DNA of 63,232 nucleotides, the filler included, from Ionaspis alba (Eukaryota), in NCBI GenBank assembly GCA_964255285.1. It is 5 parts of 5 records of this genome, joined end to end, with 100 filler letters (N's around TTAATTAATTAA, not from the genome) between each part and the next. Parts side by side here need not be neighbours in the genome. Positions count along the whole stretch, not along the records: positions 50,707 to 63,232 come from CAXUUL010000504.1; 4 more parts are not named here. One strand, given 5' to 3'. Of the stretch, positions 52,104-63,232 are shown one piece after another. Made by a program: the position numbers and the translations under genes. The notes below the pieces were generated by a model. The model was not told the origin of the DNA. It ran no database searches and saw only the letters and a list, made by a program, of their open reading frames with translations. The number at the start of each line of letters is the position of its first letter. Position 1 is the stretch's first letter.

Positions 52104-54469
52104 TCATTCAGTTTTCTCTGGCGATATCGTCGTCGTCGCTGTCGTTGTCGTGGTAGTACTCTCCATCTTCTCACCCATCAACTTCCCCTCCGCAACCTCC
52201 AACCTGCCCTTCACATCCCTCAACTCTGCCTGCAGCGCCTTGATATACTCGATAGCCGACTCAACCGTACTCGCCTTGCTGTTGCTCTGCTGCGCCGCCG
52301 TACCCGTCATCATCACGTTCATTGTCCCTCCTCCTCCTCCTCCACGAGCACCTGCTGACTCTTCTCTATCTCCAACACTGCTAGCTCCAGTAGAATTGCT
52401 GTTCGCTGCAACGTTACCAGCACCAGCTCCTGCGCCCCCGGCGGCACCAGTCCCATTCATAGTGGGGGTTGTCGGTGGCAGAAGTGCTGCAATCTCCTGC
52501 AAAGCATTATTAATCCTATTTCTCCTTCCTTGTTCCGCAATCTTGTGCGAAGTCCGCTTGGAGGTCAGGTTCGTGGAGAGCGCTTCCGGGTAGGAGACAC
52601 CGGGTAAGTGGGTGCCTTCGAGGATGTTCTGGTAGTTGGATTTGGAAGCGAGGAGGAGAGCGGAGGTTTGGGATGTGAGTGGTGCTAGTGAAGGATTAGT
52701 CTTGGGTTGAGCTTGGTCGAAGGGCGATGACGGTAGGAGGGTAGGAGGGGAGAGGAAATGGGTAGGTAATGGGGAAGAGGAAAGGGGACCCTACTGCCTT
52801 CCGGTAAAAGAGGTTTGATACTTGGCGAAATCCTCGGCCTCAAAGCCGGACTCGCTTGCGACGACGCGGTGCTATTCCGTTTCTTACTGCCCCTCCCTGT
52901 CGCCGTTGTCGTCTTAGCCTCCCCACGCTTCCCCGCTATAATGCCACTCTTAGGCGAAGCCAGGGCGCTTAGACCCGGACTTGGAAACACAGATCCTGTC
53001 GCTGTGGTCGGTGCACTACTAGTTGGTGGTCCTCTCCGGGCTGAGAGCGTGGGCGTTGCTTCCGAGTCGTTGGCGACTGCGGTGTTGATATTGGGGAGGC
53101 TGGGTTTCCGGGAGGTGGGAGCAGGGATGGTGGACATAATTTGTTCCATTTGGGCTTCGGCGGCGGAGGTTGTTTCGGCGAGGTGGGCGTCTGAAGGGGC
53201 GGAGGGTTTTTGGATGCGCATTAGAGAGGCGGGTGTTGCAGGGGCGTTGGTGTTTGAGGCAGCGGATTGAGGGCCTTTGTGTTGAGCGGAGAGGTGCGGG
53301 GATTTTCCGACTGAGCCAGGGCGGGGTGTGGCAGGTGGTGGCATGAGGATTTCGCTCAGAGGTTCTGGGGATATGGAGCCACCTTCGGAACTGTCCTGGC
53401 TGTAGGGAAGGGAGAGCTTCTCCTTGGACGATCGATGACTTCCATTGGACTTGGAGTTTTGGGCGTCTTGGATAATTTCGTGGATTTCTTTTGGTGGGAT
53501 GACGGTACTGGAAGGTTGCTTCTTCCTGGATTGGGGTTTCATGGCTGGAGATTGGCGAACGGCTCGTGCGGGATTCTTGGTAGATGTGGATGTTGTTTTT
53601 CTTCTCGACTTCTTTCCCGGTGCTGGTCCACTTGCGGAGGTCACGCTCGTATTGCTATCCATGTTCATGTCGATAGGAGACGTCGTATCTGAGGTGTCGG
53701 ACCCACGAAGAGCTCCGTACACCGATCGTTGGGTAGCATGGTGCTGGGCTTCTAGTGCCGGAGAAGTAAGGGGGCTGAAGTATTCTCCCGGAATGGTGTA
53801 CTCGGGTATGCGGAACTGCGCATCGACAGGAGTGACAGCAGGCGATACCAATGGCGTGAACATCATCTACTCATCGATCAGCGTCATTCTCTCTTCTAGC
53901 CATGATCTTGCCATCCTCACATTGTCCTGCTGCTTTTTCGAATAATGCTCATACATCGCCCTCGTCCTCCCATCCATCTGCGCAAAATGTTGCGCATGTC
54001 CTCCATGCATCTCGATGCTGTTCGGCGTCGGTGGCACAATACCTTGTTGCCTCCGATATTGCGTGTGCGCCATTCTGTGCTGTTGCTGTTGTTGATTGTA
54101 TTGTTGCTGGTGGAAAAGCTGCGCCTGCATCTCCAATTCCATGAGAGACTCCGTCGACGGTCCATGCACGAGCTCTGGCATCGTAGTCTGCATATCCATC
54201 AATCTTGGATCCAGCGCAGAGTTCAGATCCCTCTCTTTGAGTTGCATCATCCCTCCAGCTTCGTGCTCCATGTTCGTATCCACTACCCCTCCCCCACCAG
54301 CACCAAGATGTTCTTGTTCTGCCCCACCAGATGTGTCCACATTCTGACTCTCTGCTGTATCGAAGTTGGGAAAGTTGAGCTGCAAGTCGCCAAATTCAAG
54401 GAAGTTGGCAAAGTCTTCCTCTGGACCCGAGACCATTGGCGACCATGTTGAGGTCGGGTCGTGGTTCAT
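52104..54469 (-). CDS. Pho4/NUC-1/PalcA-type bHLH phosphate regulator, 3 exons
   Basis: FTPLVSPAVTP, YFSPLTSPALEA, LASKSNYQNILEG, KRTSHKIAEQGRRNRIN and SKASTVESAIEYI. Introns 53867-53920 and 52685-52794. Confidence 0.9.
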
Positions 54470-55784
54470 GACAGGTGATGATAAGGATTAGGGCTGCTGT
54501 GGATTATGCAAAGTGACGGATGTTCCTGCTGCACAATTGATTTTGTGGTGGCGGATTCCTGTCTCGAAGAAAGCGACCGATATCTTCCTCCTCCTCACAT
54601 AGTCGTGAAATAATCAATTTTGCTGGTGTTCCTGGTGGAAATGGAATGCTGCAGGCGCCGCGTGTGGCACCTACGCGGACTTGGAAGACGGTAGTTTTCA
54701 CCGCAGAGCCGTGGCAGACAATTTGCGGTTCTTGATGGAAGTAGAGTAGAGTGCCATGATGATGGAGGTTAGGATGTCAATCCGATTGTGGCAGGCCGCA
54801 GCAAGCAAACAGAAGAAGAAGCAGAAAGGATCGATCTGGGGTTGGTTGCAGGCGGAAGGATTGGCTCACTGGAGAGTGGTGGTGGGAAGTGGACGAGTGA
54901 GAAGACGAGATTGTGTGTGCAGGGAAGGGAATGCGATCGGGGATGGTAGCAAAGCGAACCTATAGCAGCTGACCATGGCCGAAGAAGGAGCATCCCCCAC
55001 GTCCGAATAGAGCAGGATCCTCCGCGGACGGATCTGATGCTTCTCCGCCGCTGGTTTTGCTCTTTCCTTTCCTCTACCGTACTCAAGTTCCTGGGGTGAA
55101 AAGACCCTTCGGTCGCATGAAATTCGGTTGGTGGTGGGGCCAGCATATGGGTAGTAGCAAATAATGGCAGGGTAGAAGCAATTAAACTCCATCTGGAAGG
55201 CCAACTCCCCAGTCCCATGGCGGGCAGAATTAGCGGACTGCATGAATGTGATGGTGGAAGCAAACTACGAGAGTCATGAGCCAGCCACTTAGGTAATCTT
55301 GGGGGCGTATAGCTCCAGTCCTCAAGTGCAGCAAGGCATATTTCCTTGCAATTGACTGTTCTTAGTATGGGGGTCCATCATCAGCCACTTGAGCGCGTAT
55401 GGCGGTTGGATATGTGAAGGAGCTACAAAAAACGAAGAAATATATTACATGAGCTATTACAACGACGTCGCCCTCCCCATCCCTCCTCAGCAACACCAAC
55501 ACTTCCCCTGGGAACTATATCGAGTAAAAATCAACTATAACCTTTCCATCCATATAGGCTTCTGCAACCTCGCTAGGGGACATCCACGAACCCTCAGAGC
55601 AATTCAGAGCAATCAAGACAACCTTCCTCTTTTCTATTTGAGATATCATCCACCAGTGACATAGACCCAGCGAAGCAAACAGTGTGGCAAAGCTTGATAT
55701 CATACCGAAATGCTCCCCATCAGCAGCTTGTCACAGTATATCGGACCATCAGTCTACCACATTTTGATTGAAGACATTGCCAAC

Positions 55785-58700
55785 TTAACCAGGCATATTC
55801 ATCATCTGTCCGTTCAAAGTCATCATCTGCCCATTCATAGTCGTCACCTTTCCATTCATAGTCATCACCCGCCCACTCATACTCTGCATCTGACGACTCA
55901 TCTGGGCATCCATAGTCATCGAAGGCATGACCGACCCAGTCATGGTCGACATCTGGCGCATCATCGAACTCATCGCCGAATCCGTCATCATGGACGACAT
56001 GCCGGACATACTCATCGTAGACATCTGCTGCATCATCGACCGCATACTCGCATCCATCGTCATCAGTCCCGAAGTAGAAGTAGTGCTCTTACCCAAAGCT
56101 ATACCCTCGACAGTAATACGCGTACGTGTTGTAGTCGCCACGGTCGTCGACTCACGGATCTCATTTCCAACGGGGCAAGGAGGCAAACACCTCTCGCACA
56201 CCACAGCTGGAAAATTTCCTTCATCAAGAACCATATAGAATCCTCTAGTCTCGTCGTAGTTGGAGCAGACAGGAGGGTCGATTGGGTAAAATTCTTGGAT
56301 TAGATAGATGAATCCAAACTGCTGACACAAAAACGGACAAACGCTGCTGTCTTCCAGAGTCAAGCCACAAGACTTCCGGGTCAAGTTCAGCGGCGGTGGA
56401 ACATCGAGGGCGTACCGGGAATACGAGATCCTAGCATTCGTATCATAAACAGCTGGCGAGGGAGTGGCGCTAGGAACGGGAGGAACACAATCATAGGGCC
56501 GTCCATCTTGACACGGCGGCAAGCACTGATAACATCTCGAGTTCCCATCTGTGAAGAATGAAAAAGGCTCGCATTGCTGAAGTGGCTCAGGAAAGTTGTT
56601 GCAGAGGTAGGGACACTCCGCCACCTCTTGTGCGGTGGATCCGCAGGCCGTGCGATACCGTAGACGATTGGTGGCGTTAAAAACAGCAGGGACCGGACTG
56701 AACGATGGGATCGCGGTGCAGGTTGCCTTTTTGGTCGGAGTTGGCTGGGGACAGGCTGTGCAGGATACAGCGCTGAAGCGTGCGATCATCGGTACAAAGG
56801 TCTCGCCGGTTATGTCGGACGACTGGCAGATTGAAGTGTCGTGGCCTTCATGATCCGTGAGGAGGCAGATGTATTTGCAAGCGTTGAATTTGTTGGTTAT
56901 CATGGGACAGTTGAAGCAGAAGAGATCCCCAGCACAGTCTCGGATGACCGGCTGCGGGTTGATAACGGAGTCGGATTGGGAGACTAATGTTACAGACAAG
57001 CTACTTCCCGTACCTGGTGTTGCTGATGTCGACGGATAAGTCTTTGTAGAGCTGTTTGACCACATCGATGAGGCATCTGTAGGAGAAACAGCCAATGAAG
57101 AAGGTCCTACACTGGTAATTGCAATTGACATTGAAGTCACCATCGTCGACGTAACGGATGAGTTGCCACATGGCTCGTAACACTTCAGACATCGTTGCCG
57201 GAAAGCGAAAGGATCGAAATTCACAGAACATAATAGGTAATCAGAAGGTAGCTTGTCCGGTAACGGAATCGGAAATCCAGCTGCGCACAACGCAGAGCAA
57301 TTTTTATTATCCACCGGATCAGTAGGACATCTGTTCCTGAAAACATTATCGACACCTGGAGGTCCTGTAATGGCTGGCGGAGTCGGAGTCGTTGTGTCAC
57401 GAGGTAGACAAGTCGTCGTTGGCGTTGGAGGAAACGGTCCACCACAAGCAGGTGCACATACCGTGCAGTTTTCTCCGTTGGAAAGGTCGCCACAGACACG
57501 GTAGTTTCCTAAGCCTATGATGTTTCCTGCAATTGAAGGGATGTCACAGAGATATGCGCAACTGAGGTCCGGTGTCGTGGGACACTCCTGACGTAAGGTC
57601 GAGTTTACAGCAGGGCTTTGGATGACTACCACAGGCGGTATAGGCGTTTGGTGACTTTGTGGTACTGTTGTACATGGCAGGGCCGATGATTCTGACGAGG
57701 TGTTGATCTGTTGATTATTAGCTGAATCTCTTGCGTTCAATCGATGGGCGTGAAGTGATCAAATACAGCTGTCGGCGAAGTGGAAATTCCAGTTCCTGCA
57801 GTACCTGTAATTACTGTGTTTTCAGTGTTGGTGATGCCCGAATTTGCTGCAGTAGAGTTGGGGAAATATGTGAGGATCTTGGTAGTCAAGACGATAGTAG
57901 TTTGGGATTCATCGCCTCCCGCACTCGACGATATCGGTCCACCTTTTCCAGAAGCCGCACTCGTTGGAGACGGTGTCTTACTAGATGGTCCATTACCGCT
58001 GCCGGTGCCATACAAGGTATTCGAGCTGCTCGAGCACGGTGGAAGACATTGCTCACAGATTGGCTTGATGGCAGGAAATGGTGCATTGTCGAAGGTGTAG
58101 TTACTGGCCGTCAAGTTGAGATTCGAGCAAGTGTAATCCGGAAACCCGGTAAAGGGCCAGAAACAGCTGTAAGGACAACTTTGGATCCCTTCCAAGGTTC
58201 CGGAACATCGGCCGGGTGGGACGTTCTGATTAGTAGCGATGGTTGGGGTGATGCAGGCACCGGAGAATGCAGATAGATCAACCTAGCCACTTATTAGGGT
58301 GACTGAGCGGAAGTCGGGGAGTTTCGGCCTTGACTGACCGAGGTGGTGGAGCCGACACAGGAGAGCGAGGTGCTGGTAGTGACCGGTGAGGTTACCGTGG
58401 CTGTGAAAGTCGGATTCTGGGCATGTTAAGCTCACAACATCAAACGTGAGCTTGAGCACAGGAAACTTACTGCAGGAATGAATGGGTCCGGTATGAAGGT
58501 CTCACTGAAGGCACATCCGCCGCAAAGCAGCGTGCCAACCTTGGTAGCAGTAGATTGATAGACCGTACTCGTAGGAGGAGACTGGTACTGAGAGTACCTT
58601 GTATACGGCACGGTACAGCATTCATAACTCCCAACCGTTGTCACAATAGGGACAGTGACTGTCGTTTCATACTTCGGACTCTGCCCATTTCTATTAGCAT

Positions 58701-58935
58701 ACTTTCCATCTTGTGGATAAAGACTACTTACAGTCACAGCACCAGGTGGAAACGAGGTCTCCACCTCAAGTTTGCAACCACCACATGGTATGGGAAAGGT
58801 GAAAGTGAAAGTGCTACTGTATACAGTGCTTGTTGGTGGAGGCTGGATATTGGGATCGACGAGAACAGTGGTAGAACAAGTGGGCAGATTACGGGCTTGC
58901 ATCAGAGCGGTGGCGGTAGTTAAGACTCGGAACAT
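55785..58935 (-). CDS. Probable extracellular Cys-repeat, Ser/Thr/Pro-rich protein with Met-rich tail, ~5 exons
   Basis: ORFs are joined by introns 58681-58731, ~58417-58470, ~58282-58338 and 57708-57766. Six Cys modules ending in CxxCxxxC or a variant. The start codon is uncertain. Confidence 0.75.
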
Positions 58936-59777
58936 TGGGAACAACAAGACGCAGATTTATCTGCGAAAGCATTCAGAAGAATCAAATGAAAGCTTGGAAA
59001 GAGAGACTATAAGGAAACTGTTCGGATGTCAAAGAACAGGTATCCCAGTGACTAAAGACGTTGCGAGAGAGAAGCAAGAGAAGGGATGGGATTGGAGGAA
59101 GAGGAGATGGAGATAGAGAAAGCAGTTGGATGTAATGCCCAAGTAAATGTGGGGCAGCCACCTCGTGGTCAGCAGGCAGAGCAAAACCCTAAGTGGTATC
59201 TAACGTGGAAAGATGACTGCCAAGCGGATTTAGATTGCTTCTTTCTTGTGCTGGAAGGAAGGAGCGAGCATGAATTTCGGATTATCATGAAGTCCAGCGT
59301 CATATCCATGAGGCATCAAGTGAGACAGCTCTCTGGTTGATTGGAAAGTGGAAGGTATGATGGGCTAAGAGATCATCAGCGCTGTCTATGAATGGCATCA
59401 CACCTGGTTCCTACCTTCCAAACCTAATCTGGCCCCACTGGTACTAATCATCCACACATAGCATTCAAAGTCACATAAGCAATCAGCACAACAATCCAGA
59501 TTATCAAAGCTTTTCCTTTCAATCCTGTACTACCTAACCTCAACATTCGCCATGTATGACACATCCCCCACCACTCAGGCAAACAGGTAATTCAGCAGCA
59601 CAGACATCCAGACACAGACGACGACCTCGCAAGCCACATGCTCCATCTAGAAACACAACAAAGTGCCAACTCACATGGATCTAGGAGGCAGCCTTAAAAA
59701 GTGGTATTAAAAGCACAGTCGAAAAGTAGTAGAAGAAGCGCAAGTGCATGAACCATGACCCCACAACTTCAGCCCCT

Positions 59778-62006
59778 TTAGTCGACCTCCTCCATCGCGC
59801 TCTCGGCCGTTGTGTCAGCAGCAGGAGCACTTCCCTCCTCCTCGGCCTTCTCCTCGCTCGTCTCGGCCTCCTCGTCGATGTTCAAGCCCAGGGACACGAG
59901 CTTGTGGATGCGCTCGGCGAAGCCTGCGGGCTCATCGATAGTGAAGCCGGAAACGAGAAGAGAGGTCTCAAACAGCAATTGGGTGATGGACTTGACGGTG
60001 CGGTCGTTCTCACCATCGGCATCGACCTTCTTCTTGAGCTCCTTGATGATAGGAGATTTGGGTGAGATCTCAAAGGTTTTCTTCGAGGACATATAGGAGC
60101 TCATGGAGGTGTCACGGAGAGCTTGCGCCTTCATGATACGCTCCATATTGGCTGACCAGCCGAACTGGCCGGTACGGATGGCGCAAGGTGCACCGACAAG
60201 CTTGTGGCTGACGATAACTTTCTCGACCTTGTCACCGAGGACGTTCTTAAGAGCCTTGGCGAGACCTTCGAACTCCTTCTCTTCGATTTCGCGTTGCTTC
60301 TTCTCTTCGTCGGACTCCTCGAGCTCGAAGTCTTTGGTGATGTCGACAAGCTTCTTGCCATCGAATTCCTTGAGCTGCGTCATGGCGTACTCATCAATGG
60401 GGTCAACCAAGAAGAGAACTTCGAATCCCTTTTCCTTGAGGGAGTCAAGGAAGGGTGATTTCTGGACAGCCTTGAGCGATTCACCAGTGATGTAGTACAT
60501 GTTCTTCTGGTGCTCAGGCATGCGGGTGATGTAATCGGTGAGAGAAGTGTTCTCATCGCCGGACTTGGTGGAATTAAACCGGAGTAGCTTGGCAAGAGCT
60601 GCACGATTCTGCGAATCTTCGTGGATACCGAGCTTGATGTTCTTGCTGAAGGCAGAGTAGAACTTGTCGAATTGTTCGCGGTCCTCAGCAATCTCATTGA
60701 ACAGCTCCAGGGTCTTCTTGACAATGTTCTTCTTGATCACCTTCATAATCTTGTTCTGCTGAAGAGTCTCGCGTGACAAGTTGAGAGGAAGATCCTCGGA
60801 GTCGACAACACCCTTAACGAAGCTAAGCCATTCGGGAATGAGATCGGTAGCATCGTCAGTGATGAAGACACGGCGGACGTAGAGCTTGATGTTGTTCTTC
60901 GTCTTTTTTGTCTCGAAGAGATCGAAGGGGGCACGCTTGGGAACGAAGAGGATAGCGCGGAATTCCAGCTGACCTTCAACAGAGAAGTGCTTCACAGCCA
61001 AGTGGTCTTCCCAATCGCTATAAGCCATGTTAGCATAGCTCATACAGTCCCAGGCATCTTTAACTTACTTTGACAACGACTTGTAGAACGCACCATACTC
61101 CTCAGCAGTGATGTCGGAAGGATTTCTCGTCCAGATGGGCTTGGTCTTGTTGAGCTCCTCTTCTTCGATCTTGCTCTCCTTGACCTTCTTGGTCTTCTTC
61201 TTCTTCTCTTTTTCCTCCTCCTCGTCATCTACCTCCTCAATCTTAGCCTTCTTCTCACCATCATCCTCGGTCTCTTTCTCTTCCTCAGCATCCTCATCGG
61301 GGACCTCAGTCTCCGTCTCCTTAGTGACGTGAAGATAGATAGGGTAGGAAATGAATTCGGAGTGCTTCTTCACAACCTCCTTGATCTTGCTCTCATTGAG
61401 GTAGTCAGTCTGCTCGTCCTTGAGGTGGAGAATGATCTTGGTTCCGCGGCCAAGTTGCTCGCCCTCTTCATCTTGAGTCAAGGTGAAGGTTCCACCAGCA
61501 CTTGACTCCCAGATGTATTGCTCGTCATCGTTGTGCTTTGACACGACGGTGACCTTGTCAGCAACGAGGTATGCAGAGTAGAAACCGACACCGAATTGAC
61601 CGATCATAGAAATATCAGCACCAGCGGTAAGCGCCTCCATGAACTGCTTAGTTCCGGATCGAGCAATTGTGCCGAGGTTATTAACGAGATCCTAGAATAT
61701 GTATTAGAGAGGGTATTAAGCTAGTCATGTGTTGTCGCTACTTACAGCTTTGGTCATGCCAATACCGGTGTCGCGGAGTGTCAAAGTTTTGTTAGCCTTG
61801 TCAGGTATAATGTCCACGCGCAGGTCCTTGCCCGAGTCGAGCTTGCTGGGATCGGAGAGAGCTTCATATCGGATCTTGTCTAGTGCGTCGGATGAGTTGG
61901 AGATGAGTTCTCGTAGAAAGATCTCTTTGTTAGAGTAGACGGTGTTGATGATGAGGGAGAGGAGCTGAGAGATCTCAGCCTGAAACTCGAAAGTCTCGCC
62001 AGGCAT
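59778..62006 (-). CDS. HSP90: Cytosolic Hsp90
   Basis: [36 protein letters not shown] and C-terminal MEEVD. Introns ~61692-61745 and ~61018-61068, plus a probable 5'UTR intron at 62033-62176. Confidence 0.98.
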
Positions 62007-62792
62007 GTTGAAGGTGGTTGGTGTTTTAGTGTCTATGAGGGAATATGTCAGTGAGGTTCGTTCGGAGGATAGACCTGAAGATAACAAGACTTGAAAGACG
62101 TGATTGTTGGCAGGTTTTGAGAACGTTGAAAAGGTGCAGTTGAACTGAGGTGAGGCTTGGGAAGAGTGCTACTCACGTTGTGAAGATTCGTTGGTGAAGA
62201 ATTATTGTCTAGTCTAATGACCTTGACAGAGGATCAGGTAACAAGAGCAAAGTAGTGTTGTGAGTGTGGAAGAGAAGGTTGAGTTGTGTGAGGTTGATAC
62301 AATTGATCTTTGAATTCTTCTGGTGAAGCTGTCGCGAGTTCAGAAATTAAATATTCGCGCTAGCATAACGAAACAGAAACTCATCGAACCTATTTCGCTT
62401 CGTTTCTTCCATCTTCCATGGCAACCTGGAGGAAATCTCTTGGCATTAAGGCACCCGTCAACACCAACGCTAACGGTTTTCATCATTTAGAGTAAATCTA
62501 TCAGAGGTGAGGCAGATATTGTGTTCCAATGAACTTCAATACTGCATCCTGCGCGAATAGTTCCGATTTCATGGTCCTAGATAAGAGCTAAGAGGTATCA
62601 TTCCTACGCCCAAAATGCCAATGCCCACGCCAGACCATCATCTCATCCATCTCACATTACAGGGCCTCCATGACCGAGCCCATCGAATCGTGTCCGTCGC
62701 CCCCAAGTGCTGCGTCCTCGTCCATAAGATCGTACCCATCATACCTCATTGCCACCTACCTATCTTTCCAATGCTTCTTATCTCCTTAACCC

Positions 62793-63232
62793 TCATTCGC
62801 CACCGGCCCACCATCCCAAACTCCATTCTCCACCCCACCCTTCACTCCAAGCCCTTAAAAACCATACAACCGCCGCTCCTACAGCACCAAGACCCACGAC
62901 CCTTGCGGCAACCCAACCCGTAGTCCTCATACTTTCATTCCACCTCATCAGACCTAGTGGATCCATCGGATCACCTAACCTCCTCCTTACTGGCACTACT
63001 GCCGTTTTGTCTCTCGTAGTAGCGCCATTCTTACCTGCACCTGAAATCGTGATATTTTGGTGAGCCGGGACCAGTTGTCCCTCATTGACGCATTCGCCCA
63101 ATCGTTCAGTCAGCCAAATAGCTCGCTCGCCACGTGCCAGGGCCTCGTATCTTGCGCGCTCGTTCTGCAAGCTGCGCTGTAGATTAGCAGCCCAATTGGC
63201 CAGATGGATCTGTGCAAGGCGTTCCTCGCGCT
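62793..63232 (-). CDS. 3' end of a conserved hypothetical protein with C-terminal TM segment (runs off window)
   Basis: Open frame from the window edge: EERLAQIHLANWAANLQRSLQNERARYEALARGERAIWLTERLGECV, followed by a hydrophobic tail. Confidence 0.7.
   Translation of the reverse strand, partial: REERLAQIHLANWAANLQRSLQNERARYEALARGERAIWLTERLGECVNEGQLVPAHQNITISGAGKNGATTRDKTAVVPVRRRLGDPMDPLGLMRWNESMRTTGWVAARVVGLGAVGAAVVWFLRAWSEGWGGEWSLGWWAGGE

Noticed and set aside
57708..57766. Apparent frameshift between ORFs 57737-58195 and 55785-57740
   Set aside because: Explained by a canonical 59-nt intron (GTATTT..GCTAAT..CAG) that joins them in frame.
59748..61940. Long antisense and alternate-frame ORFs over HSP90 and other genes
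   Set aside because: Shadows of codon bias in highly expressed genes.
62300..62440. Heat-shock elements upstream of HSP90
   Set aside because: GAA/TTC triplets are enriched, but I could not find a canonical three-unit inverted nGAAn array.

Overview
Intron-containing fungal genomic DNA (filamentous ascomycete; Eurotiomycetes-like is my inference from protein style). It contains five N gaps, four carrying an artificial TTAATTAATTAA linker. From ~7 kb onward it is mostly an ordinary housekeeping neighbourhood: IQGAP, PrpA/Mpd1, Vta1, Tvp23, eIF2B-gamma, Pex22-like, Spt20, a BrlA-like C2H2 factor, a CE5 esterase, Pct1, an SDR, Fmt1, an Hv1 proton channel, PP2C, CK1, Pho4/NUC-1, a Cys-repeat/Met-rich protein and Hsp90. 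The first ~6.5 kb is an accessory island. It holds two intact, divergent TET/JBP-like 2OG-Fe(II) dioxygenase genes that share a 56-nt intron at the same position and an atypical C-terminal zinc finger. Two decayed partial copies lie between them, further gene relics follow, and inverted repeats sit at the boundary with the core genes. Other notable items are a hAT-type MITE with a perfect 8-bp TSD, an Hv1 with a charge-reversed S4 position, a protein with an unfamiliar 7-Cys repeat, and recurring kb-scale C/A-to-G/T skew switches. All calls were made by eye, with no database searches.
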